From Deltaproteobacteria bacterium GWC2_42_11 (GTDB lineage: Bacteria > Desulfobacterota > GWC2-55-46 > UBA9637 > GWC2-42-11): DNA of 64,000 nucleotides. How positions within the stretch are numbered: the first letter of the stretch is position 1; every line of letters starts with the position of its first letter. This document shows positions 28,624-38,000 of the stretch, piece after piece. The notes beneath the pieces are model-generated. The model was not told where the DNA came from, ran no database searches, and was given only the letters and a program-made list of their open reading frames with translations. Where the stretch lies: NCBI GenBank assembly GCA_001797495.1, contig MGPS01000070.1, positions 15,879-79,878 on the forward strand. The letters are read 5' to 3'. A program made the position numbers and the translations under genes.

Positions 28624-29562
28624 ATGAGCATACAGCAAAAAATAATCTGGGGTTGCAAAAATCCGAAGGCTTCTGTTCTTGAACTTGTTGGGAATACGCC
28701 TCTTGTCAGGATTAACAGGATTACAGAGGGTTTGAGCAAGGGTGTTCAGGTCTATGCAAAACTTGAATCATATAACCCCGGCGGCTCTGTAAAGGACAGG
28801 GCAGCATTTGGTATGATAAAGGATGCAGAAGATGCAGGCAGACTCACAAAAGATAAGATTATACTTGATTCAACATCAGGGAATACAGGTATTGCTTATG
28901 CATGGATTGGCACTGTTAAGGGTTATTATGTTGAACTTGTTGTGCCTAAAAATGTGAGTGAAGAAAGGAAAAAGATTTTAAAGGCATTTGGTGCAAAGAC
29001 AATCTTTTCAAACCCGATGGAAGGCTCTGACGGTGCCATAAGGCTTGCATGGAAACTTTATGTTGAAAACCCGGATAAATACTGCAAACTAGACCAGTAC
29101 AATAATCCATCCAATCCTCAGGCACACTATGAGACAACAGGTCCTGAGATTATAGAGCAGACAGACGGCAGGGTTACGCACTTTGTTGCAGGGATAGGCA
29201 CAGGCGGAACAATAATGGGTACAGGCAGAAGGCTAAAGGAATTTAACCGTGCAATACAGGTAATAGCAGTTGAACCTGCAACAGCGCTTCATGGTCTTGA
29301 AGGTTTGAAACATATGCCGTCATCAATTGTTCCAGGCATATACCATGAGGGAGAACTTGACAGAAAAATATCAGCGCCAACAGAAGAATCCTATGGAATG
29401 GCAAAGAGACTGGCAAGGGAGGAAGGGCTTTTTGTGGGGCAGTCATCAGGCGCTGCGATGTGGGGGGCGCTTCAGGTTGCAAGGGAACTTGAGGAAGGCG
29501 TGGTTGTTGTTATATTTCCTGATGGGGGGGACAGGTATTTGTCCACAGCATTGTGGGACTAA
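28624..29562 (+). CDS. cysM: Cysteine synthase (CysM/CysK family, PLP-dependent)
   Basis: SVKDRAA lysine motif, TSGNTGIA and GIGTGGT loops are present. Confidence 0.8.
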   Translation: MSIQQKIIWGCKNPKASVLELVGNTPLVRINRITEGLSKGVQVYAKLESYNPGGSVKDRAAFGMIKDAEDAGRLTKDKIILDSTSGNTGIAYAWIGTVKGYYVELVVPKNVSEERKKILKAFGAKTIFSNPMEGSDGAIRLAWKLYVENPDKYCKLDQYNNPSNPQAHYETTGPEIIEQTDGRVTHFVAGIGTGGTIMGTGRRLKEFNRAIQVIAVEPATALHGLEGLKHMPSSIVPGIYHEGELDRKISAPTEESYGMAKRLAREEGLFVGQSSGAAMWGALQVARELEEGVVVVIFPDGGDRYLSTALWD

Positions 29563-29587
29563 GACAACATTCTGCGAATGTTGAATT

Positions 29588-29687
29588 GTAAATTGAAGAT
29601 TGGAAGTTGGAAATTTTAAAATGGAATAAAAAGACAATTTGCAATTTAAATTTTACAATTTTCATTTTACAATTAGAGCGAAGCGAC
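29588..29687 (+). repeat. 105-bp duplicated leader element, copy 1 (upstream of mec)
   Basis: Near-identical to 30083-30197. It contains tandem gaagattg/gaaaattg octamers, then ttgcaatttaaattttacaattttcattttacaattagagcgaagcgac ending at the start codon. Confidence 0.7.
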
Positions 29688-29688
29688 C

Positions 29689-30099
29689 ATGCTTTATCTA
29701 TCTAAAGACATATATAACGAGATTATCAGCCATGCTGAGAAATCATACCCTTATGAAGGATGCGGTGTTCTTGTAGGCAGGGATAAGAGGGTTGTGAAGA
29801 TTTGTCCTGTTGAGAACATAAACAAAGACAGGGCAAATGACAGGTATGAGATAGACCCAAAGGATTTGCTCAGGGTTGAGAAAGGGGTGTCCGAAAAAGG
29901 GCTGAATGTCCTTGGGTTTTTTCATTCACATCCTGACCATCCTGATATGCCGTCTGAGTTTGACAGACAAAGGGCATGGCAATTTTATTCGTATATGATT
30001 GTATCTGTGCATAATGGAAAATCTGTTTCAGTAAAATCATGGACATTTGAAGATGAAAATGAACCATTCAGAGAGGAGGAGGTAAAGATTGAAGATTGA
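29689..30099 (+). CDS. mec: JAMM/MPN+ metalloprotease (Mec-like sulfur-carrier peptidase)
   Basis: EGCG...HSHPDHPDMPSEFD JAMM motif. Confidence 0.8.
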   Translation: MLYLSKDIYNEIISHAEKSYPYEGCGVLVGRDKRVVKICPVENINKDRANDRYEIDPKDLLRVEKGVSEKGLNVLGFFHSHPDHPDMPSEFDRQRAWQFYSYMIVSVHNGKSVSVKSWTFEDENEPFREEEVKIED

Positions 30100-30197
30100 A
30101 AATTGAAAATTGGAAATTGGAAATTTTAAAATGGAATAAAAAGACAATTTGCAATTTAAATTTTGCAATTTTCATTTTACAATTAGAGCGAAGCGAC
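30083..30197 (+). repeat. 105-bp duplicated leader element, copy 2 (upstream of E1-like gene)
   Basis: See copy 1. The 5' part overlaps the last codons of mec. Confidence 0.7.
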
Positions 30198-31019
30198 ATG
30201 AATTTCACAGAAGAGCAAATAGAGAGATATTCAAGGCATATAATCCTGCCTGAGGTCGGCGGCAAAGGACAGGCAAAGTTATTAACTGCAAAGGTCTTTG
30301 TGCTTGGTGCAGGCGGGCTTGGATCACCTGCACTTTATTACCTTGCTGCAGCAGGTGTAGGCACAATCGGCATAGCAGATGCTGATTGTGTTGATTTATC
30401 TAACCTTCAGAGGCAGATAATCCATTCTACATCAAAAATAGGGCTGCCCAAAGTGGAGTCAGCAAAAAGGACTATTGAAGACTTAAACCCTGATGTAAAG
30501 GTTATTGCATACAACGAAAGGCTCAATATTGGCAACATAACACAGATAATAAGGGATTATGATGTAATTCTTGACGGCAGTGATAATTTCCCAACAAGAT
30601 TTCTGATGAACGATGCCTGCTTTTTTGAAAAAAAGACACTTGTTTCAGGGAGCATGTTCAGGTTTGATGGTCAGGTTACAATATTCCAGCCGCATGAGGG
30701 TAAGCCGTGCTACAGGTGTCTTTACCCTGAGCCCCCGCCAAAAGGGCTTGTACCCAGTTGTCAGGAAGCAGGCGTGCTCGGTGCACTGGCAGGCGTGATA
30801 GGTGTTATACAGGCAGTTGAGGCGATAAAACAGGTTTTAAAGATAGGCGATGAACTTGCAGGATACTTACTTATATTTGATGCACTTGCAATGACATTCA
30901 GAAAGGTTAAGGTCAGGAGAGACCCGCAGTGCAGCCTTTGCGGTGATAATCCGACAATAAAGGAACTGATTATGTATGAAGAGACGTGTGAGATAAGGGA
31001 AAAGAGGTGTGAAAAATAG
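30198..31019 (+). CDS. moeB: ThiF/MoeB-family E1-like sulfur-carrier adenylyltransferase
   Basis: GAGGLGS nucleotide-binding loop and CxxC...CxxC Zn motif are present. Start is taken at MNFTEEQIERYSRH; the track ORF starts inside the upstream repeat. Confidence 0.8.
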   Translation: MNFTEEQIERYSRHIILPEVGGKGQAKLLTAKVFVLGAGGLGSPALYYLAAAGVGTIGIADADCVDLSNLQRQIIHSTSKIGLPKVESAKRTIEDLNPDVKVIAYNERLNIGNITQIIRDYDVILDGSDNFPTRFLMNDACFFEKKTLVSGSMFRFDGQVTIFQPHEGKPCYRCLYPEPPPKGLVPSCQEAGVLGALAGVIGVIQAVEAIKQVLKIGDELAGYLLIFDALAMTFRKVKVRRDPQCSLCGDNPTIKELIMYEETCEIREKRCEK

Positions 31020-31048
31020 ATGGAAATCACGCATTATGGTATTTCTAT

Positions 31049-32263
31049 ATGAATAAGTATAAAACACTGCATAATCCTGCGTACCTCAAGATAGACCTTA
31101 TGCTTAACGGCATAAAGGCTGATAACGAGACTATCCAAAGACTCGGTTTAGACTTAAGATACGGTTATACAGGTGTTACAGGGGGACTGGATATTTTACT
31201 GCCTCATAATACATGGGTTAATGCATCGTTCCTTGAAGAGTTTGCAAAGTCCTCTAAATATGAACTTGTCTTAAGGGATAAAAAGACATTTATAAAGGCA
31301 GGAGATGAATCTGTTAAGGTTGATATTATGCCAAAGCCTGAGTTTTATAAACTGAGCACAGCAACAGGCATCCCTCTTTCAAAGATAGGGGCAATGCACG
31401 GCGGTTATGTGGCAATAACACCTGATACAAGGTGCGAGTTCTTTAACATGAATATAGAATGCAGATACTGTGCCGGGAATTTTAATTCCGGAGGCAGCGG
31501 CAGGGTCTATACAGTTGAAGAGGTTCTTGAGACTGTTGATGCTGCAAATAAGGAAGGCAAGGCAGAAATTGTTTATCTCTCAATCGGTTTTTCAGAGACA
31601 CCTGACGGAGGCATAGAATTTTTAAAACCTTATATAAAGGCGATAAAAAAGCACTTCAACACACTTGTTGCTGTAGAGGCGCTTCCGCCAAAGGAAAACC
31701 ATTTTATAGATGAGACTTATGCAGTAGGCGCTGATTCTGTTCTCTACAACATGGAGATATTTGATGAAAGGCTGTTTAAAGAGATATGTCCAGGAAGGGA
31801 TAGACTTATCGGAAGGGAAAGATACATAGATGCGCTTAAATATGCTGCGAAGGTATTTCCTAACGGCACAGTTGCAACACACCTGATTGTAGGACTTGAA
31901 CCCGCAGAGTCAACAATAAAAGGGATTGACTTCTTTACAGGTATAAGGGTTGTGCCTATACTTCCTATATACAGACCATCTGTCGGGGCTAATCTCCTCA
32001 ATTATAAAGTGCCTTCGCTGGATGATGTGCTGCCTGTTTACAGAGACCTGTATCATGCTGTAAAGAAGAATAAAATAAATATAAATTGGGTTAGGGATAT
32101 AAGTGTAATAACAACCCCTATTGAGGCAAGGTTTTTTGCAAAGACAAAGTTTAATAAGACTCTGATGGAAAGATTTTACAAAACAAAGTTAGGCGTTAAG
32201 ACTGCGTGGGGACTTTCAACATTACGGAGGAAACTGCGGGTTAGAGAAGGCGGGGAAGGATAA
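31049..32263 (+). CDS. Conserved hypothetical protein with a CX8CX2C motif (possible non-canonical radical-SAM/TIM-barrel enzyme)
   Basis: The Cys triad TRCEFFNMNIECRYCAG is followed by glycine-rich SGGSGR. No confident family assignment from sequence alone. Confidence 0.3.
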   Translation: MNKYKTLHNPAYLKIDLMLNGIKADNETIQRLGLDLRYGYTGVTGGLDILLPHNTWVNASFLEEFAKSSKYELVLRDKKTFIKAGDESVKVDIMPKPEFYKLSTATGIPLSKIGAMHGGYVAITPDTRCEFFNMNIECRYCAGNFNSGGSGRVYTVEEVLETVDAANKEGKAEIVYLSIGFSETPDGGIEFLKPYIKAIKKHFNTLVAVEALPPKENHFIDETYAVGADSVLYNMEIFDERLFKEICPGRDRLIGRERYIDALKYAAKVFPNGTVATHLIVGLEPAESTIKGIDFFTGIRVVPILPIYRPSVGANLLNYKVPSLDDVLPVYRDLYHAVKKNKININWVRDISVITTPIEARFFAKTKFNKTLMERFYKTKLGVKTAWGLSTLRRKLRVREGGEG

Positions 32264-32265
32264 TA

Positions 32266-33693
32266 ATGAATGTAGTTATAGACAAAAGACCTATATGGGT
32301 TATACTTTTATCAAGGTCTTTAAGACCTTTGTTTTTTGTAGTTGTTGCCATTATTTTCTGGTATCTTGTAAGTATTCCCACACCGGACGGGCTTGGTTTA
32401 GAGGGACAGAGGACTATAGCGCTTTTTGTTGTGTGCCTTATACTGTGGGTTTCAGGGGTTCTGCCCCTTGCTATAACAAGTCTTCTTGCGATTGTAATGG
32501 TGCCGCTTTTAGGGGTGCTGGATAAAAAGGCAGCATATGCACTTTTTGGGAATGAGGCTGTATTTTTTATACTTGGTGCGTTTATACTTTCAGGCGCTGT
32601 AATGCATTCAGGGCTTGCAGGCAGGACAGCAGTAGTAATAATGAGCAGATTCGGAGAGACGCCAAAGAGACTCATTGCATCCATCTTTTTCCTTGCTGCA
32701 GTTCTCTCGTTTTTTATGTCAGAGCATGCTGTTGCTGCCATGTTCTTCCCGATTGTGCTTGAGATAGCAAAGGGTCTGAATCTAAAGCCAGGAAAATCAG
32801 TTTATGCAAAATCACTCTTTCTTGCACTTGCGTGGGGCTGCATAATTGGCGGTGTTGCAACATTTTTAGGAGGGGCAAGGGTCCCGCTTGCAGTAGGTAT
32901 GCTTAAGGAGGCAACAGGTATAAATATAGGTTTTTTTGAATATACGGCTGCAGCATTTCCAACGGTCTTAATAATGCTGCTTATAGGTTATTTTATGCTT
33001 ACAAAATTTTTACCTTCAGATGTTGAGGACATACATAAGATAAAGGCAGTCTTTGAAAGGAAGATAAAAGAACTTGGGAAGATAGGTTATGCTGAATATG
33101 CAGTAGGCGTCTTAATGGCAGTAACCATATTTTTATGGCTGTTTCTGGGCAGGACAATTGGCATTGCAAATATTGCGATTGCCTCTGTAGTTGTTTTATT
33201 TGTGTTTAAACTTGTAAGATGGAAAGATATTGAAGAGTATGTGAACTGGGGGATAATACTTATGTATGGAGGCGCTATAACACTTGGCGCAGCAATGGAA
33301 AAATCAGGTGCAGCAGCATGGATAGCAAATACAGTTATAAGCGAATGGGCAAGGAGCCCTTTGATAATTATAGCGATACTTTCTTTGCTGACGATACTAC
33401 TGACAGAAGGGATGAGCAATGCCGCTGTTATTGCAATACTTCTGCCTGTGGGGATTGGCATAGCAGGAAAATTTAATCTTGACCCCAGGATTATTACTTA
33501 CACTATTGCAATTCCGGCAGGGCTTGCGTTCTGCTTCCCGATGTCAACACCTGCGAATGCAATAGCAGTATCATCAGGGTATGTAACAGCAAGAGATATG
33601 GCAAAGGCAGGGGTTTTAATGATGATATCAGCATGGGTGCTGTTTAATATAACTGTATTTATTTACTGGCCGCTTATAGGGATAAAAATATGA
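32266..33693 (+). CDS. Anion permease (SLC13/DASS - ArsB/NhaD superfamily), putative sulfate transporter
   Basis: About 12-14 TM segments in an internally repeated architecture. Sits within the sulfur assimilation context. Confidence 0.55.
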   Translation: MNVVIDKRPIWVILLSRSLRPLFFVVVAIIFWYLVSIPTPDGLGLEGQRTIALFVVCLILWVSGVLPLAITSLLAIVMVPLLGVLDKKAAYALFGNEAVFFILGAFILSGAVMHSGLAGRTAVVIMSRFGETPKRLIASIFFLAAVLSFFMSEHAVAAMFFPIVLEIAKGLNLKPGKSVYAKSLFLALAWGCIIGGVATFLGGARVPLAVGMLKEATGINIGFFEYTAAAFPTVLIMLLIGYFMLTKFLPSDVEDIHKIKAVFERKIKELGKIGYAEYAVGVLMAVTIFLWLFLGRTIGIANIAIASVVVLFVFKLVRWKDIEEYVNWGIILMYGGAITLGAAMEKSGAAAWIANTVISEWARSPLIIIAILSLLTILLTEGMSNAAVIAILLPVGIGIAGKFNLDPRIITYTIAIPAGLAFCFPMSTPANAIAVSSGYVTARDMAKAGVLMMISAWVLFNITVFIYWPLIGIKI

Positions 33694-34154
33694 GTTGCGT
33701 ACTTCTAATACTATCAACATCAAGGACATCGCAGAATGCCATTGAATATGCTGTTGACCTTGCAAAAAAGGGAAAGGCTAAACTCGTTGTCCTCTATATA
33801 ATAGAGACTGAACTTACAAATGAGGTCTTTGATAAATTTACAGACATAGGTTTCATTGGCGATAAGCCGTCAACTCAACTGACTGAAGCAATCATGAAGG
33901 AATACCGGCAGCGCGGTTATGAGGAGATGGGTAAGGTTCAAATCAGGGCAATGGAAGAGAATGTTGATTTTGATGCTGTTACGACACAGGGTGATTTTGT
34001 TGAAAAGGCCATTGAAGTGATTGATAGGTACAAGGTTACAACAGCAGTAGCAATAAAAAGGAAGAGGTCTGCATTTTTAAAATATTTTTCAAAATCAGTA
34101 GTTGATGAACTTGTTGAAAAGGCGCCGTGCAAGGTAGAGGTATTTGAAGAGTAA
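33690..34154 (+). CDS. Universal stress protein (UspA family)
   Basis: About 150 aa with the Usp alpha/beta pattern (KLVVLYII...VVDELVEKAPCKVEV). Confidence 0.6.
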   Translation: MSCVLLILSTSRTSQNAIEYAVDLAKKGKAKLVVLYIIETELTNEVFDKFTDIGFIGDKPSTQLTEAIMKEYRQRGYEEMGKVQIRAMEENVDFDAVTTQGDFVEKAIEVIDRYKVTTAVAIKRKRSAFLKYFSKSVVDELVEKAPCKVEVFEE

Positions 34155-34168
34155 AAAAAGGAGATGAT

Positions 34169-34780
34169 ATGATTCAGCAGAAGGCTACAAACATTAAATG
34201 GCATCATGGGAAGATTACAAGAGACGACAGAGTGAAACTTATGAAGCAGAAGGGTGTGACTATATGGCTTACAGGTCTTTCTGGTTCAGGGAAATCAACG
34301 ATTGCTGTTGAACTTGAGCATGCGCTTCTTGAAAACAGACATCAGGCATATATATTAGACGGTGATAATATTAGATATGGTTTGAATAAAAATCTTGGCT
34401 TCTCACCAGAGGACAGGTCTGAAAATATTCGTAGAATTGGCGAGGTTGCAAAACTGTTTACCGATGCAAATATTATAACAATTACAGCATTCATATCACC
34501 ATACAGTGCTGACAGGGACAATGCCAGAAAATTTCAAAAAGAAGGTGAGTTTGTGGAGGTCTATGTGAAATGCCCACTTAAGGTATGCGAGGAGAGGGAT
34601 ACAAAGGGATTATATAAAAAGGCAAGGGCAGGTGAGGTGAAAGAATTTACCGGCATATCAGCGCCATATGAAGAACCCTTAAATTCGGAGATAACCATTG
34701 ATACATCAAAACTTTCTGTTGAGGAGTCAACGAGGGTTATTTTGAATTATCTGGAGAAGAAGGGGTATATAAAATTTTAA
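34169..34780 (+). CDS. cysC: Adenylyl-sulfate kinase
   Basis: P-loop GLSGSGKST, APS-binding FISPY and DGDNIR motifs are present. Confidence 0.9.
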   Translation: MIQQKATNIKWHHGKITRDDRVKLMKQKGVTIWLTGLSGSGKSTIAVELEHALLENRHQAYILDGDNIRYGLNKNLGFSPEDRSENIRRIGEVAKLFTDANIITITAFISPYSADRDNARKFQKEGEFVEVYVKCPLKVCEERDTKGLYKKARAGEVKEFTGISAPYEEPLNSEITIDTSKLSVEESTRVILNYLEKKGYIKF

Positions 34781-34813
34781 TTATAAAGACTGTTTTTTTA
34801 AGCGGGGGGAGTT

Positions 34814-35905
34814 ATGGTCAAGAAGGATATTAATAAAGAATTAGAAAGACTTAAGGCGGAAAAGAATGAACTGGAGAGGATAAATAAGGAGATTGACGGC
34901 AGGGTGCTTGAGCTGTACATGCTTTATAATGTCAGCAAGATACTTAATCTGAGCCTGAACATTGAAGAGATTTTCAACGGCATAATAAATATTATCGGGA
35001 AAACCATTCATATTGACGAGTTCTGTATCATGCTGCTTGATGAAGCCACTCAGAAACTTGTGGTAAGGGCATGGTATCCCAACAGCGGTACACTACCTGA
35101 TATGTCTTTTGATATAGGTGAGGGCATTTCTGGCACTGTGGCAAAAACAGGTAATGCAATGCTGATTCAGGATACAAGAAAAGAGCCGAATTTTATGTTT
35201 TATAAAGGGGTTAAGATGGACATAGGTGCCTTCATGTCCATTCCACTGACAGGTAAGAAAGGGGATGTACTCGGCGTGTTTAACATTCATAAGAAAGAGC
35301 CTTTTTCTTTTACAGAGAACGACAGGAAGTTTTTCCAAGAGGTGGCAAATCAGATAGCGATAGCAGTAGAAAATGCAATAATATACGACAGGGCCCGGGA
35401 GGCTTCAATGCATGACGAACTTACAGGTCTTTATAACAGAAGATATTTTTTTGAGTATATTGAAAAAGAACTGGCAAGGGCGAACAGGTATAAAAAGAGT
35501 TTTTCAATTTTAATGATAGATATAGACAGTTTTAAGAATTTTAATGATAAAAATGGTCACCTCAAGGGTGATAAGGTCTTAAAAGAGACTGCAAAACTGT
35601 TTGTAAGTAACTTAAGGGCTTCTGATGTGGTTGTGCGGTTCGGTGGAGAGGAGTTTATATGCCTTATCCCTGAGACACCCAAAGAGATAGCGGTAACTAC
35701 TGCTGAAAAACTCAGGAGGGCGGTAGAAGAAAACATATATAAAGGCGGTGAGAACCAGCCCGGCGGGAAGGTAACAATTACAATAGGCGTTGCAACATGG
35801 CCTGACGATGCACAGTCTGCAATTGAACTGATTGACTATGCTGATAAGGCTATGTATCTGGGTAAGTGCAAAGGGAAGAATATTGTTTTCCCGCTGGTCA
35901 AATAA
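34814..35905 (+). CDS. GAF-domain diguanylate cyclase (GGDEF)
   Basis: A coiled-coil and GAF N-terminal half precede a C-terminal GGDEF domain with an intact RFGGEEF active site. Confidence 0.8.
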   Translation: MVKKDINKELERLKAEKNELERINKEIDGRVLELYMLYNVSKILNLSLNIEEIFNGIINIIGKTIHIDEFCIMLLDEATQKLVVRAWYPNSGTLPDMSFDIGEGISGTVAKTGNAMLIQDTRKEPNFMFYKGVKMDIGAFMSIPLTGKKGDVLGVFNIHKKEPFSFTENDRKFFQEVANQIAIAVENAIIYDRAREASMHDELTGLYNRRYFFEYIEKELARANRYKKSFSILMIDIDSFKNFNDKNGHLKGDKVLKETAKLFVSNLRASDVVVRFGGEEFICLIPETPKEIAVTTAEKLRRAVEENIYKGGENQPGGKVTITIGVATWPDDAQSAIELIDYADKAMYLGKCKGKNIVFPLVK

Positions 35906-35923
35906 TTCAAGAGGGCTGCAAAT

Positions 35924-36640
35924 ATGAGGATTGAAGACCTTACAGAAGAGACGTTAAAACAACTGAATGCAATGCCTGCAGATGAACTCATCAGATGGGC
36001 ATTTGATAATTTTGGTGAAAGGGCTGCAATAGGCACTAGTTTTCAATTGACAGGCACAGTAATTATTGATATTGCCAACAGGCATTTAAAAAAAATCAGG
36101 GTGTTTACTATAGATACCCTGCGGCTGCACCCAGAGACATATGAGGCACTCAATAATACTGAAGAAAGATATGGGTTGGCAGTGGAGAGGTTTTACCCTG
36201 ATGAAGATACATTAAAAAATATGCTGGAAAGGTTTGGAGAATACCTCTTTTTCATGGACAAGGCTAAACAGGAATACTGCTGTTTTGTACGAAAGGTTGA
36301 GCCGAACAGGCGCGCACTTAAAACACTTGATGTCTGGATAACAGGTTTGAGGAGAGACCAGTCGGATTACAGGAAAGATGTGCCAAAGGCATCTGTAATT
36401 GAAGAGGACAGCAGGAAGATATTAAAGATATCTCCGCTTGCTGACTGGGATATGGATAAGATATGGCACTATATAAAAGAGAACAATGTGCCATACAATA
36501 AACTCTTTGATATGGACTATGACAGCATCGGCTGCATAATATGCTCAACACCCCTTGTTGAAGGCGAGCCGCCCCGCTCAGGCAGGTGGAGGTGGTTTCA
36601 TAAAGAGGATGATAAGAAGGAGTGCGGGATACATAAATAG
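35924..36640 (+). CDS. cysH: Phosphoadenosine phosphosulfate / adenylylsulfate reductase (thioredoxin-dependent)
   Basis: PAPS_reduct fold with a C-terminal ECGIH catalytic Cys motif. Confidence 0.8.
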   Translation: MRIEDLTEETLKQLNAMPADELIRWAFDNFGERAAIGTSFQLTGTVIIDIANRHLKKIRVFTIDTLRLHPETYEALNNTEERYGLAVERFYPDEDTLKNMLERFGEYLFFMDKAKQEYCCFVRKVEPNRRALKTLDVWITGLRRDQSDYRKDVPKASVIEEDSRKILKISPLADWDMDKIWHYIKENNVPYNKLFDMDYDSIGCIICSTPLVEGEPPRSGRWRWFHKEDDKKECGIHK

Positions 36641-36775
36641 TTCACGCTGAAGAATGTCCATCTGCGGCGTTGTTGCTGCAGCTTCTGCGCTCAACATACT
36701 ACAAAGTATGCCTCGCTTGAAGCCTTGCTCCGCCTTGCATCTGTGCCATTCTTGAGCATGAACTTGTTGTGAAGT
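36638..36775 (+). repeat. Dispersed intergenic repeat family R2, shorter copy
   Basis: agttcacgctga...ctgcggcgttgttgctgcagcttctgcgctcaacatactacaaagtatgcctcgcttgaagccttgctccgccttgca. It begins at the cysH stop codon. Confidence 0.65.
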
Positions 36776-36805
36776 ATTTTCATTTTAGAAAAGGAGGCAT
36801 AAATA

Positions 36806-37963
36806 ATGCCAGGTTTGATTGAGCCGCATGGCGGTAAACTTGTAAACATGATACTGGAGGGAAAGGAGAGAGAAGATGCTCTAGAGAGGTCAAAGAAACT
36901 TAAGAAGGTGATTTTGAATGACAGGGAAGTTTCTGATATTGAGATGATTGCAATCGGTGCTTTCAGTCCTTTGGACGGCTTTATGAAAAGGGATGACTAC
37001 CACAGTGTTATGGACAATATGAAACTATCAAATGGTCTTCCGTGGACAATACCTATTACCCTGTCAGTTACAAATGATGAGGCAGCGGATCTGAAGGAAG
37101 GGGAAGATGTAAGCCTTGTCAATAAAGATGGGGAGATACTTGCTGTTATGCAGATTGAAGAAAAGCACAACCACGATAAGGAAAAGGAGTCGCTGCAGGT
37201 TTATGGGACAGGGGATATGGCACATCCCGGTGTTGCAAAGGTTTTTGAGATGAGAGATGTCCTGCTTGGAGGCAGGGTATCAGTTGTGCACAGGATAAAA
37301 CAGGAAAAATTTAATCAATACAGGCTTGACCCAGAAGAAACAAGGACGTTATTCAAGGAGAAGGGATGGAAAAGGGTTGTAGGTTTCCAGACAAGAAATC
37401 CTATACACAGGGCACATGAATATATCCAGAAATGTGCGATGGAGGTTGTTGACGGACTGATGATACACCCGATTGTAGGTGAGACAAAGGGTGATGATAT
37501 ATCTGCAGATGTAAGGATGAAATGCTACGAGGTTCTCCTTGAAAACTATTATCCGAAAGACAGGGTTATGCTTGTTGTTAATCCTGCAGCGATGAGGTAT
37601 GCAGGCCCAAAAGAGGCAATATTCCATGCCCTTATAAGGAAGAACTACGGTTGTACCCATTTTATTGTGGGGAGAGACCATGCAGGGGTTGGCAACTACT
37701 ACGGTTCCTTCGATGCCCATTATATATTTGATGAGTTTGACCCGCAGGAGATAGGCATAACACCGATGTTCTTTGACCATACATTCTACTGCAAAAGATG
37801 TGAAAGTATGACGTCGTACAAGACATGCCCGCATGACTCCAGTTGTCATATTACGCTTTCCGGGACAAAGGTTAGGGAGATGCTGAAGGCAGGAGTCATC
37901 CCGCCTGCTGAGTTTTCAAGACATGAGGTTGCAAAGATTTTAATAGATGCGATGAAGCAGTAG
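36806..37963 (+). CDS. sat: Sulfate adenylyltransferase (ATP sulfurylase)
   Basis: QTRNPIHRAHE and GRDHAG motifs are present. Confidence 0.9.
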   Translation: MPGLIEPHGGKLVNMILEGKEREDALERSKKLKKVILNDREVSDIEMIAIGAFSPLDGFMKRDDYHSVMDNMKLSNGLPWTIPITLSVTNDEAADLKEGEDVSLVNKDGEILAVMQIEEKHNHDKEKESLQVYGTGDMAHPGVAKVFEMRDVLLGGRVSVVHRIKQEKFNQYRLDPEETRTLFKEKGWKRVVGFQTRNPIHRAHEYIQKCAMEVVDGLMIHPIVGETKGDDISADVRMKCYEVLLENYYPKDRVMLVVNPAAMRYAGPKEAIFHALIRKNYGCTHFIVGRDHAGVGNYYGSFDAHYIFDEFDPQEIGITPMFFDHTFYCKRCESMTSYKTCPHDSSCHITLSGTKVREMLKAGVIPPAEFSRHEVAKILIDAMKQ

Positions 37964-38000
37964 GCAGAACGCGGGAAACGCGGGAAAGGTTACGGACATT

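Noticed and set aside
29588-30197. Possible CRISPR array (regular short direct repeats gaagattg/gaaaattg and two 105-bp copies)
   Set aside because: Only two long copies, separated by a protein-coding gene. The octamer repeats are tandem without spacers. No cas genes are present.
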